A DNA stretch of 62,537 nucleotides, the filler included. It is 16 parts of 16 records of this genome, joined end to end, with 100 filler letters (N's around TTAATTAATTAA, not from the genome) between each part and the next. Parts side by side here need not be neighbours in the genome. Positions count along the whole stretch, not along the records: positions 2,205 to 10,802 come from SRR9188676_1845; positions 10,903 to 13,632 come from SRR9188676_1850; positions 13,733 to 16,645 come from SRR9188676_1852; positions 16,746 to 21,635 come from SRR9188676_1856; positions 21,736 to 24,038 come from SRR9188676_1878; 11 more parts are not named here. One strand, given 5' to 3'. Below are positions 10,352 to 23,001 of this stretch, piece by piece (the stretch's first letter is position 1; each line of letters begins with the position of its first letter). A program made the position numbers and the translations under genes. The notes under the pieces are model-generated. The model was not told where the DNA came from and did no database searches. It saw only the letters and a list, made by a program, of their open reading frames with translations.

Positions 10352-10802
10352 TCAGCCGCCCCAGACGGCCCTATCGCAATGGAGCAGCCCGCCATTATAG
10401 GCGACGGCAGGCACATGGTCCCGCGCCAGGAACAGCGGCGCGTCGAGATCGACCAGATCACAGACCTGTCCCAGCAGGAAAGCCGGTGCCATCGCCAGAC
10501 TGCTGCCCACCATGCAGCCGACCATCACGCCAAGGCCGGCCTGCCGCGCGGCGTCGGCGATCATCAGCCCTTCAGTCAGGCCGCCGCATTTATCGAGCTT
10601 GATGTTGAAGACGTCGAACCGACCGACCAGTCCCGCAACATCGTCCAGCGTCAGGGCGCTTTCGTCGGCCGCCAAAGGGATGGGCGAGTCCAGCCCCTCC
10701 AGCGCCGCCTCCTGACCGCGTGGCAAGGGCTGTTCGATCAGGGACACTTTCGCGTCCACCATCGCCGCCAATAGACTGTCCAACTCGTTGATCGCGAAAC
10801 CC
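10352..10802 (-). CDS. Dipeptide epimerase (L-Ala-D/L-Glu epimerase / DgcA-like, enolase superfamily), 5' truncated
   Basis: IEQPLP, PLAADES, NIKLDKCGGLTEG, MVGCM and the DLD motif diagnostic of dipeptide epimerases. Confidence 0.9.
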
Positions 10803-11236
10803 NNNNNNNNNNNNNNNNNNNNNNNNNNNNNNNNNNNNNNNNNNNNTTAATTAATTAANNNNNNNNNNNNNNNNNNNNNNNNNNNNNNNNNNNNNNNNNN
10901 NNTTTAGCCTCTTCCCCACCCTCTAGGTATTGACGTGAAGCTGCCTAGAGGAGTGAATCTTCGATTTACCGCTTGAAAATAATAGTTGTTACACATGGAG
11001 TGACGTGGGAATGCCAGAATCAGTGGGACATGACGCCCGAGGGTTGGCCCAAGGGGATTTGTCCTTTGACAGAGAATTATGTCACGTTATTATCTGCACA
11101 TATGAGTTTTTATCTTATCTGGCCGAATCATAGACGCCAAGGTTGCACAGAATACATTTTACATTATCTCTAAATGGGAAATTGGAGAATCTGCAGATAC
11201 CTTTTGGAGATTATGAATATGACAATGAAATATTAC

Positions 11237-11659
11237 CTGGCCGTAAGCAAAGATGGTACCATTGTATCCTTCGAATGCTTTTTCAAGTGCCGGGGCGCCC
11301 AGATCGCGATACAGTTGCACCTGATTGGAGTCCGGACCATAACAATAATCAAAAACAAAGTTTTGCTCCATATTTTTCTGGTATTTCAGCAGCCATGCCA
11401 CATTATCCTCAATGTGCACGATGGGTTCTGCATTCGCATCAATCTCTTTGGGGTTCATGGGACGACATCGAATGGCCACTTTCACATTGACAGAGCTCTC
11501 AGCATCAACTGGTGCCATGCTAGACATGGAGAGTTTCGGTGACACAGAACCGTCATAAAAGGAAGCCTCTTTAACGGGACTGGCATTCGAAGCGGATGCA
11601 TCGTTTGAGATACTGCGAGGGAGAGATTTCCAAGCCCGTCCTAAGGCCTCATCGGACAT
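11237..11659 (-). CDS. Kinesin motor protein (kinesin-3-like), first exon
   Basis: NVKVAIRCRPMNPKE...FVFDYCY...Q..LYRDLG...LEKAFEGYNGTIFAYGQ followed by a GTAAT donor. The P-loop exon is not in the contig. Confidence 0.9.
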
Positions 11660-14047
11660 TTTTTGAAATATCGAGCTTTGTATTAGTCGATATTATTCCA
11701 TTCTGGCTGAATAAACAGCATATTCCACAAAAGTTGAGAAAAGTTCTTCGTTGTTGTGGTTCTGAATTTTTTATGAACCTCTGAAGTCGTTTTCCTTCCC
11801 CAAACTCTAACAAGCCCCATTGTGCAGGTTACTAAGGTTGCTTTGCGGTTCAAAATACACGACACACAACTCTACAAAATTATTGAGTCAAAAGGAACCG
11901 AGATAAGCCGCAACAAATTTTTGACATATAGAGCAAGTTATTTTCTCATTAAACCCCGATGGAATCGAGAGCATTAGCATTTTAATTTAGTTGATTTCCA
12001 CATCACTCAAAACACATCGCATTGGACATGAAAAAGTAAACAAGCAACAAAACGCTGAATGATTCTTGAACAGTGATTCTTGAAGATTTTTAGGTACATA
12101 GCACTTCTTAGATGCCGATTCAGAGAGTGATCTTATGCTTATAAACCGATATTATCATATCCATGAAAAAATCGGGTTTATCCCTCCGTGGATTCACAAA
12201 CTGCGCCCAGCTGCATGCGTTATAAACTGATCTTCAAGCTTTCTGTTGGAAACTTTCTATGCAGTACCCTTCCCTGGACCTCATGAGCTAAAATTCTCAT
12301 TTTTCTCTTGCTATTTGTCCAGATTGTTGAGACTTGTGAGCAGGGGCTGATACTAAGATGTTGGAGGGGAGATGTAAGTTCCAATTCTTTGTCTTTCCCC
12401 CTCTCTGAGTCACGTATGAATAACATTCTTCTAACCTTAGGGAATGGTCATTTATATTTCTCTCTCTTTTCCGTCCATAGTCGTAATGACAAATTTGTGT
12501 TCCGTTTCAATCCGAACCACATCAGTCGAGCGCCGTCTATTGGACGTCTTTTTCTGATTCAATTACCGTCAGAATATGTGTTAAATATCTAGACATGTCC
12601 TTTTTACCAGCCGAATGAATTTGTGATAAATCATCCAGGCTCTGATGCTCATGTCCTTCTCATCTTTCCAATTTGGGGACTCGTATTGCTCCTCCGACTT
12701 ACATTTTTATTTTTATTTCTATGGAACTTATTATCACTTTATCCCTCTTTCCAACGTTTTATCTCTCCTTCACATTCCTCCTCAGCATCAGTCAAACCCA
12801 TGCTGCTTTGCGCTATGGCCACTGTTCTGATTTTATTCCTCTTATCATCGCCAATTTCATACTGTCAAGCTCCATATTTGACTTCATACCGGAGAGTTAA
12901 GACCCATGCTTCAATACTTTTTTATCGATCACTATCAACCTCAACCTCTGAGTTTTTTAGGACGGGTTTTGGGTCGTTGCAGGAAATATCTATATCAGAA
13001 TATAATTCTAATATTCTAAGTGATTTTGTTGACTGTCCGGATTCCCTCCGACATCACTCTCACAGATCCAACCTGACTTCACACATCAACACATACCCTC
13101 TCCTCCGCTTCTGACTCCTCATTCCCTATTATTTTTATTTCACGTACTTTCTTTCTGCCAGACACCTCATTTTGTCATTATTGGAATCTCAGCCAATTGT
13201 GAGAAGAATAGATTTTCGTACAACAACTACCAATTGACTGTTTTATCCAATCCTGTTCCTTTTAAAATTTTCATTTTATATTGCTGTTGTTATTTATATT
13301 GCTTTTATGAAGTGTCCATTTTTATGTCTGTATGAGTATATCATCCACGTCTCACTTTCAATATGAGCACCCTCGATCCAAGCGGTGCAGTTCACTGTAG
13401 ATTTTATTCTTTATTTTTATTACTATCATATTTTTCTGCTTGGAGTCGACGTTTGAAGAACTTACAGCAATGCAAAGGGTCTGAGCGTACATTTTCGTTA
13501 AATATATACTCCGAAAAACATATATATCGGACCATGGTATGAACATGAGACCCATTATGGGCATTTTTATATCATAAAGTGTATTTTAAAATCATATAGT
13601 CAACTTTGAAGGCTTGCCCTTCGGTCAAATTCNNNNNNNNNNNNNNNNNNNNNNNNNNNNNNNNNNNNNNNNNNNNTTAATTAATTAANNNNNNNNNNNN
13701 NNNNNNNNNNNNNNNNNNNNNNNNNNNNNNNNATGGTTCTGTGTGAATGGAAATGGTAGAACGTGTGACAATAGAAATATGATTGTTCTACTTGAGGCAC
13801 CTGGGATAAAACGATTGATAATTGATCCCTACATAGACCCCAATGACCGTATCACCAAAGGATTGTACCGGGTCATCAAAATCGCAGCTGAGAAAAAAGA
13901 AGACCTTCTGGCAAGGAACGAAAAGTCATTTCTGAATCGAGTCCTGAGCTTGAAGAATGAGGACTTCGGACCATTTCTAATTTTCATTCGATGGAATGAA
14001 GGAAAAGACAAAGGAGACAAGAAAGAAAGAGAGAAAAGAAGACGTAC

Positions 14048-14722
14048 TGCAAGCCAGCTGTAGGGTTCCTTGATCAAGCCCTGCGTGAAAAACGAGGAGC
14101 ATACACATACGGGAAGAGTGAATAAGACAAACTATGACACAAAGATACTCTGAGGATGGGCCTGGAGTGAAAATGGCAAAACAGTGAGCCGAGGGATAGA
14201 AGGAACAAAGAAGAGAAAGGACGAAATTATTCCACCATCATTACCACAGAGACACTATGAGAATAAGTATGGAGTGAAATGAAAATAATGTGCTCCGGGA
14301 TTGATTGATACATACACGGAACAGATCGGCTGATGATGAGCCGGCAAGAACATTGACTCCAACGAAAGTTATTTTGTCGATGATGGGAATACCTTCGCAG
14401 CGCTATCGTCAAGAATCTCATTCAAGGCGACCAAGTCCTCAAGATCGGCAGAATATCGGCTGCCATGACGACCGAAATGCTGGATTTGACCTATGGATTC
14501 ATAAATCAGGACACTGAACCCTGAGAAATGGCAGGAAACGTGATTCTCACGAAGTGTGCAGGTGGAAGGAGGGCGGGCATAAGTGTTCTCGTCCTGCTGG
14601 GGTGAATAGGGGGTCTTGGTATCAAGCCATTTCAGCACATCGAAGGATGACGAAGCCGCAGCCTCAAAATCAAGAGCCGAGGTGGAGACGGCAAAAATAC
14701 CAAGAAGGAGGCCTCGCAGCAT
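14048..14722 (-). CDS. Secreted histidine acid phosphatase (MINPP1/phytase-like), 5' exons
   Basis: Signal peptide MLRGLLLGIFAVSTSA; L.TKTPY...PPSTCTL/RQIQHFGRHGSRY after splicing. The RHGxR catalytic motif and the TKTPY pre-motif are typical of MINPP1. Confidence 0.8.
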
Positions 14723-15012
14723 GATGGGTGTTGCAAAAGGAAGGAAAAACGAAGGGGGGAATGGGAGAACTGTCTGGCAAGAGAGAGGCCAGAATTCCGC
14801 TTTTACCGTTTGCCGCGAGCCTCCTTTTCTACCGGACCACACAACTTTAAGACTTTACCCCCCCCTGGCTAAGATTTTCTTGGTGAAGAAGCTGAATTCA
14901 TACCCTCCCCCTAAGTACCTACGTCCTCTTTATAAACCAACGTCATGTGTTTGAAATATTAGCAACCTCTGATGTCGTACTTGTTTCCTTCCCCGACAAC
15001 ACTGCCCCATCG

Positions 15013-16302
15013 ATGGAAAATGTTGCAGGCTCGTTGGCTGCAATTAATTCTGCTGAAAAAAATGTAATTTAGTTGATCTAGCAAGAAGCCTTCTTTTATT
15101 GATTATTTTCTCCTTTTCTCGCGCTCCCAAAGAAAGTATGGGGTTCTGCTGTCGGGGAGGAGAACTGCTGTTTGGGGAGCGCAAAGTCCATCCTCTCGTT
15201 CTGTGATTTTTTCTCTCCATTTATCGATGCCATGTCTGATGATGATGAATGTTATTTAACTCCGTCAGAAGATACAACTGTGAGTATCTCTTTGTGTGAA
15301 AGGTGGACTCTCAGCTGATAGTTTTGTCCCTAGGGCGGTGAGGGAGAGGGAGATTCTGAAGGCGAGGATGATATCTTGCTCGACACAACAACACAGCTCC
15401 CTAATACGAGTCGTCCACGTCCAAAGGATATCACTTTCTTCGTCCGCTCGGACTCCACAAGTGTTGTCCTCAATAATGAAGAGGTGATACACCAATCCAC
15501 ATTCACCTGATCAGCTTGATTTTCCCTCGCAGTTCACATTTCTTTCCGTGTGTCATAGACAATTGCTGAGATTGAAGAAGCAGAACAGTTTATTCGTTCG
15601 CTTCCTGTGCTCAGCTATGATGTGATCAAGGTCTCGAATGGATTCATTCGCCTCTCACGAACGTTAAAGCTCACAAGGTATTCCCATCTAATCAGCTTAA
15701 CTGAGACATGCAGTTATCACTAACATTGTCTTGTAATTGCAGTGAGGGTATATGCAATGCCAAAAACGGAGGAGGAGAGGTCACCACGATGTATGCGTAC
15801 CGACGAGTGAAGCGGGTCGCTCTGCGAAATACGACCACATTAGTTCTGCAATATGAAGATGGCCCTCATGATTATGTTTATGAATCTCCTGTATGACTCT
15901 TTCAGCTCATTATATGCAGATTTTTCTTGACATTTCGACTGTGTCATCCATCGCTTATTCCGAGGCGCGAGGGAAATTGCATGCCGAACAAAAACACTCA
16001 GCACAAAAAACTTCAATCAAGAACGCACCAACACTGATCAAAAATATACCTTAGCAATCAACAGAAATCATCCTTTCAGTTCTGCTTCTCAGTTCCATTC
16101 GAGTAATTCTATGCATTTCTCCACTTTCTTCAATGACCTTCAAATTTCGCTCACAATCTCATCCGACTCCTATATATTCATTCTTTTATTTCTGTAGGTT
16201 GCAGTGGAGATCGCGCAAGAAATTTCTGTGCGGCTAGCACTGAGACGGAACACTGACAAGAAAAAACACACTCTGGATTGCCTCAGATTCCAACAAAAGA
16301 TG
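15013..16302 (+). CDS. Multi-exon protein with a probable PH-like domain, 3' truncated
   Basis: Exons join in frame: MENVAGSLAAINSAEKN...TIAEIEEAEQFIRSLPVLSYDVIKVSNGFIRLSRTLKLT/EGICNAK...YRRVKRVALRNTTTLVLQYEDGPHDYVYESP/VAVEIAQEISVRLALRR. A beta-strand series followed by a C-terminal helix fits a PH fold. Confidence 0.55.
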
Positions 16303-17790
16303 GTAAATAGCGTGATATGTGTCTATATGAGAAAGTGTTTCTGGACATAGATTGTATCCTGTCGAAAATCAGATGAGCGCACTTCCATGCACACACACAA
16401 CAGAAGGCGAGTGGAGGATGGAAGGAGGACGGATATGAGAATTAAGTAGCTGATTCATATGCATCTGTCGAGAGAGGGAATGATCTCCGAAGACACAACA
16501 TTTTCTCGTCCTCGAACGCACCATTGATCTCACAAAAGCCTGGTCTGGACTTGCTCCGTGTGGAAAGCAAATGCAAAATTGTTGTTGACCTCTACATTTC
16601 GCTGCTCTAGCTGAATTAGCAATAGATGATGCAATGATTTTGGTANNNNNNNNNNNNNNNNNNNNNNNNNNNNNNNNNNNNNNNNNNNNTTAATTAATTA
16701 ANNNNNNNNNNNNNNNNNNNNNNNNNNNNNNNNNNNNNNNNNNNNCATTTTTTGTGAAACCCGATCCGATTTCCTGATCCTTCTTCCTCCTGCCCTTGAT
16801 CTGAATCCAGGTATACCTTGAAAGTGAGATTATTCGCGCCATTGTCATCCTCTCCCTTCCAACGGCTGGTATCATGGCTCACAGGAACAAGACCTGAATT
16901 TATTGATTCAAAATTCGTCTCCAAGAGCAATGGCCGAGAAGGTATGCATGTCACATCTGATCACGATGACCCCTGCTGAAATCAACGTAAAACAAGAGGG
17001 ATCGTTTATGAATGTGAGGGAGGTATCGAGGAGCAGATGCGTTCATTATTGTTTTATTTCTGTAAATTTTAGAAAAACACCAATGAAGAGCCGAACTGGA
17101 AACCTGCATATAATTAACAGGATCAGATGAATCAATCCCAACGATTCCCACCAAATTCAGTGATGATGTTCCTGGTAAGCAATCTTCCAAGATTCCCAGA
17201 AGGGTGTAGGGATGATCGACATCCCCTCGAGAAATTCGTCAGAGGCGCCGATACGATCGCTGAAAATCGCGGCGAAGTCAATGTTGCAGTACTAGTGATG
17301 TATTTGACAAAACGCCACAATATTTCCTCTCAGAACGAAACACTTATGTTCCCGAGAGAAAAGGTTGCAGTGTGTCTAATGGCTTCTATTGTATGATTGA
17401 TATCTTGCAGTGGTGCGTGTGCGATCACAAGGTGTTGTGACCATTCATCTTGATGTGATCACCAAAGATATGCGGGCTTTCGGGTATACAGAAGAATACG
17501 GAGCATCAACAGGTTCAACATAAGAATGGACCAGAATGGACCAGAATGGACGACCATCGAACTCACTGACATTTCATATCACATCCAGACAAGCGGCACA
17601 CATCAATACCCAAACCACCATGTCACTGGGGTGGAAGAACAGAAAGCGCATGCCAGAGCATCTGTCAATCTTGAGAACCAGCAAGGAGCATATTCCCCCC
17701 TGCCATGCAGCCATCAACCGCTCCCGCACAAATCAAACAAGCAGTCACCGAATCCAGAACCAGAAACCATCAGAACAAAATAAAATATAC

Positions 17791-18240
17791 TTATTTCTTA
17801 TTATTTTCGATATCCTTGCTCTTCTTTTCAATATCTGCCACAATTGTGTCCACAGTGTTCTTCTGATCTCGAATTGGCCCTTGAGGTGATGGTAGTCTTT
17901 TACTTGGGAAGTACTTGTGATAGATAAATTTTGGTAGTCGAAACGTGTATTGTGTCTGCGAGGAGCGAAATAAGTGCGCTGTTTCAAGAATACTATTGAT
18001 GTGCCGAATGTGCACATCAAACTGGGTTTTACGTACCCAATCGCGAATCCACCTTTGTCTTTCAGGATTGCTGCGGAACATATAGCGATTCAATTCCATC
18101 ATTCTTCGGTAGATTCGATGCCATCCATAGGTCTACATGCAGGGATTAGCTCGTGACGAACAATTAGCAGTAGTGAGAGCCTACATGACCGGCGCCGTAA
18201 ACAATCACTTTTTTCGTGACTGAAAGTATCAGTAGCTTCA
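17791..18240 (-). CDS. Small basic hypothetical protein (at least 3 exons, start not located)
   Basis: Exons splice in frame: KLLILSVTKKVIVYGAGH/TYGWHRIYRRMMELNRYMFRSNPERQRWIRDW/TQYTFRLPKF...ENNKK*. Confidence 0.5.
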
Positions 18241-18501
18241 CTAAAATGCCACCAGGTAGCATCAGTCAGGTGGAAACGATGAAGACGATGACAAAAAAAA
18301 GATGAGTGATTCGTGTAGAGTCCAGAATGCTGACGAGGACGTTAGGCAAAAAACATTCACCTGACCAGAAATCGTTGTTCGCAAAATAGATTCAGAAAAA
18401 AGACCATTTGCATGAGCTAATCCACCTCCAAAGAGAAAAACACGTCGCTCATTATCCCATACATGTGCTGAGGATTGGAATGATCAACCGTTTTTCGACT
18501 T

Positions 18502-21500
18502 ATGGGTGGCGCGAAATCGAAACCAGAAGTGAAATCACCCCCACCTCTCCCCAGAGATGGTTCTGAGCGACGGACATCTTTGGAATTGTTTGGAGGAGAT
18601 GATGATGATGAACCTGATAAGCCTCTGAGTGCTGAGTCCAAGCCACCCGAAGCCTCAGATTCCAAACAACGTGATGCACCAAAACAACCTGGATCGCTTC
18701 TCAAAGAGTTATCGCCTCCAGACACTAAACAGAGCTCCCCTCCTGTATCATCACATCCATTAATATTTCATCAAAGTTCTGACTCTTTGCCTATTCCCAC
18801 ACCTACACCTGAACCAACAAAACCTGAACCCCCCAAATCAAACCCGAAACCCATCGAAGCGCCGGCTTCTCAGAAACGTGATGATACTGCCGATCAGAGT
18901 GATATAGATGCAATATTAAATGGTATTTCTTCGTCGACTGTTTGACTGATTCTGTCGCTAACAAAGTTTCCATATAGAAATCGATGACGTGAAGGCTTTT
19001 GTTCCTCCTCCTGTTTCCCGGCCTGTAAGTCTTTTTTCTGTATCAATATCATCTTCATCTCATGATTTATTGTATTATAGCGCAAACATTACATTTCTAT
19101 TCATCAAGGATTGTGTCAAAATCTAGAGCTTTTGTTGATAGCCAGCAGTGCTATGGAAGAGATTATGCAATGATTTTTGGTCATTAGGAGCTTATTTTAT
19201 CTATATATATCGCTTGACCGCTTCAGAAATCTTTGGCGTATTATTTATTCTCTCCCCGCTTCCTTCCCCCCTCCATCCCTCTCTCGATCCTTGGTACTTA
19301 GATGCGCCGATTATCAAAGCAATCATCTGGACCATCACAGAATCTCTACGCATACGGAGGGGGGTATAGTGAATCCAGCCGTGCGACCCCGCCGCCTAGG
19401 GACTCCTCCATTGGCTTTCCTGCCCCTAGCAGCAACGATCTCAACGCCATGGGCATCCATAACACATATCCCAACACAGACAATTTTGGCTTCCCGATTT
19501 CGAATGGGCAGCATATCGAAGAGCCCACGAATAGTGGTAGACCGAAAATGGGCCGGGGGAAAACATCCTCGAATCGGTCTTTGGGCACGTGGAGTGGGGC
19601 TGCGGGGGACAATACTTATAATAATCTTGACACTCAAGAAGAGCCGATGCTCGGTGTTACGAGCAACTATGGCAACCCTAGCAACCTTAGTCTCAACGGC
19701 AATATGGGGCATACAAATGGGGTTGGTAGTACTCACGGGTATCTCAATGGGGATGGAGAGTTTGGTGGGGGGGGAGGGTACAGCTCTCGCACAAACGCTA
19801 GCGTACCCCCCCGGACAGGAACAAGGAGAGTATCGGACCTGGTTGGACCCGGCCTGAACCCCTCTATATATTCCCCTGGCACCATCTCTGGCGACAGGCC
19901 ACCCCGACTCGAGAGGGTACGCTGCTTTATTTCCATCCACACAAGAAAGTCTTTGTAAACCTGCGATGTGAAAAGTAGGGTTAGGGTTGCTTGCTCACTC
20001 GAATCAATCGATAACTATTCCGAACAAGGAATAAGATAAAAAAACAAATTCCCCTGACACAATCTAGATAGGAACACGCTCTTACCTGGCACAGGTTGAA
20101 TTGGATTCAACGGCCGTTATGCTTTGACTTTCTTGAGTTATTCTCTCTTCAGGTCGCTTTCTTTCGGATACCCATACAGACACAAAAAAAAATGTCTTTT
20201 CAAACAACGATCCGATTCACACGTAAATACGACTACGCCCAACATCTCCATGCACAACATCTGTACAGTTGCTTTCACCTCGGTATCTACGATATGTCCA
20301 TTTATCTTTGTTATTAACGTCATTCAGCTTGTGACAAGTATCTCATCCTTCTCGCATCAATCGAACTTATGAATTACGAGCAGTTAGTTGAAAGACCAAA
20401 TCCATTCTTTGTCTGATGTTCCGTACTCTATCAGACGGCATGGCAATGCCAATGTCATCTCTCCATCTCATCCCCCACTCTCTTTCTCTCGCTTATCTTT
20501 CTATGTTTTTCTGCAGCCAAGAAAAGGATTTGATAACGACAAATTCCGAGTGGCCAATGGACAGGTATGGCTGATTCCTGTCATCACTTACAACTCAGAC
20601 AACATCCTACACCCCCTCATCCGCACCCTACTCCCCACCCCCACCCCCATCCCCAACAACCCACACCTACCGCCATGTCTTGCATCCCACACCCCCACCC
20701 CTACTCCCCACCCTCCCCATCCCCACCTACAGCCATGTCTAGCATCCTCGTCGAGATTGTTCTCTCTTTGTCTGAATTGAATCACGTTCGATTCTCGATA
20801 AGTCCTTCGAATCAGCTTGATATCAACCTATTCTCTGCTCATTCCCCCGACAGGAGCGATATGGGTATCGAGCTGCCGTCCCTCGTTGACTTTCTCTGTT
20901 CCCTGTTTCTCTGATGAGTCTAGCAGTATTTGACAATGTGCAGGAGGTTGTGATGTGCGCATTTCGAGAATGTACATCTCAGAAATAGGTCGTGTCAAAT
21001 TAGAAAGGACCTGAATTAATTTTTTGAAGTTCCAAAAAGCGGGTATCTCGGCTTTGGGCCCTTCTCTTTTTTCTTTTGAACAATCCTTTTCATTTGGCCT
21101 GATTCAAATATCAGCATTAACAATCCTTCGACCTCCATACAAATTCGCCAAATTCGCGGATTTGCCCCGTCTCTTCTTTGGGATAAGAGGAGAATGATGA
21201 TGAGAATGTTGCGAGGCAAATGATAGAATTGTTTGGCGATGGGGAGGGGAGTGTGGGACTCACCATTCTTTTTCCCCTACATTTGTATGTGCATGTGTAC
21301 CGAGCATGCAGCCATAATCACATAAGAACAGTCTCCTCTTATCACAAATACTAATAACCCCCACATTTTTTTTTCTCTCCCAGCAGACACCGTCCCCCGT
21401 GAAAGCCGCGCCTAGCTACGGGGACAGCAACACCTTGTATCTGGAGAACCCCAATGACATTTCATCTGATGACCCCATGTCGCTGATCAGCCCCTCGTAC

Positions 21501-21554
21501 GGCATGCCACAGGACCCCATCATCATCGATTTCAGCCCCAAGAAACCTGAATCG
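18502..21554 (+). CDS. Large disordered Pro/Ser/Gly-rich protein with N-myristoylation motif MGGAKS, multi-exon, 3' truncated
   Basis: Exons at about 18502-18922, 18978-19023, 19302-19916, 20517-20564 and 21384-21553 join in frame through GT-AG introns. Confidence 0.6.
20600..20747. repeat. C-rich intronic tract with a ~28-bp imperfect direct repeat
   Basis: CCCACACCTACCGCCATGTCTTGCATCC (about 20660) and CCCCACCTACAGCCATGTCTAGCATCC (about 20721) within CCCCA runs. Confidence 0.7.
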
Positions 21555-22028
21555 TGAGTACTTTTGATCCAATTTATCGTATTGGTCTGCTGGATCACGT
21601 AACGCTGAGATGAGGCGAGTGGGTGTGAGATGAGGNNNNNNNNNNNNNNNNNNNNNNNNNNNNNNNNNNNNNNNNNNNNTTAATTAATTAANNNNNNNNN
21701 NNNNNNNNNNNNNNNNNNNNNNNNNNNNNNNNNNNGAATTTCGAACGAGGCCAGAATTCGAGGAAGCACTCTAGTGACAGTTTCATTATATTGGTTCGTA
21801 TTCTTGATTCTCGACAGAAAAGGCGTGAAAGTTCGGGAAATACTATCACACCGAGCTTCGGCATTTTCACAAATTCCTCTGAGATTTCCTTCTAGCAAAG
21901 AATTATGTGAACTGAAGGGACTCTTCTAGCACCTGATCAACTCGTCTGAGAAGGGGGTGAAACTATCTATCGAAATTAAAGACCAGGAAACAACATTAGC
22001 GGGCTCATAATGGAGAAAGTAGACGTAC

Positions 22029-22791
22029 TTTTGTGAGGTTGCACGCGAATTATGGTTGTTGATTTCGCCAAGGAATGTCTCGTACTCTTCTCGATTCTGG
22101 CGAAGAGATTATATTCGATATCAGAAAGAGCTTATAACGATGACGAAAGTGAAGTATTTTCAGGCATACCTTTCGGAGATTTCGTTCTTCTTCTAATCGC
22201 TGCTTTAACTGCTCGATTTCTGTCTGGATGTCACCCACATGTGAATCTACATATGATACGGGATCAGCAAGGTTCAAAACCGAAAACATATCTATCATAC
22301 CAATTTGTGCTTCAGTTTGATCATAATTACTCAACGCTTTCTCCGCCGTCACACTGACAATCTGAGCCTTTCCGATTCTAGAGATAATGTCAGAGACACA
22401 CTCACATGGAAAAGTGACCAAAGATTTATATCATACGTAAAGTCGAATAGATAAAGATCACGAAGCAGGCTTTGATATGTTAATTCACTGAAAGAGAGTC
22501 TCAATGAGAGTCAGAGGGCTGTGCATTCCTCATGCAAAATCAAGAAACAGACACTTCTTCAAGCTTTCCAGCTTCAGCAGCTCGGCAAAACTTCAGCAGA
22601 CGGGTTGTTACTTTCTTTAAGGTCTGAGAAAAGGAAGCAGGTTAAAGTACATGTTTTTCCATTACAGATGATGAATCTTACTTGTTCTCGGGATAGTGCT
22701 CGCCTGGTCAAGATCTTATCTATATCACAGGAAAGCATCAACAAAATAGTCAAGTGGACCCGATGAGCTATATACCTTCTTCTTCAGCCAT
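22029..22791 (-). CDS. THOC7: THO complex subunit 7 (THOC7/Mft1-like), multi-exon, 3' end uncertain
   Basis: Spliced: MAEEEDKILTRR...TLKKVTTRLLKFC...ELTYQSLLRDLYLFDF...IGKAQIVSVTAEKALSNY...EIEQLKQRLEEERNLRK/NREEYETFLGEINNHNSRATSQK, matching the THOC7 pattern (MGK...NY; RKNRQEY...I...R). Confidence 0.75.
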
Positions 22792-23001
22792 TTCTGCTCG
22801 ACTTTTCTCAGGCAAGACGAGAATGCTTTGTTTACAGATCGATTTTGATCCAGATTCTACGGGTGTTGTTCTGATCAAAATTTCTTTGTCTAGATCTGTG
22901 CAGATATAGGGGGTTGAGGAAAAGAATTCAAATCGGGGAAAAAGAAAAAAAAAAGTTTTCAACCGATTTTCTGTTTTTTGAAGAACAAAATAATTTGAAA
23001 T

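Noticed and set aside
2205-10802. Bacteria-to-eukaryote horizontal transfer of the glycosidase cluster (likewise 47981-58088)
   Set aside because: Whole contigs are bacterial from end to end, with intact terminators and no junction to host DNA.
12623-13114. Hydrophobic ORF resembling a secreted or membrane protein
   Set aside because: T-rich composition alone can give this; no recognisable motif or convincing exon chain.
17524-17550. Tandem GAATGGACCA repeats (and GTTGCGAAAG twice at 781-800)
   Set aside because: Only 2-3 units without spacers; simple slippage duplications.
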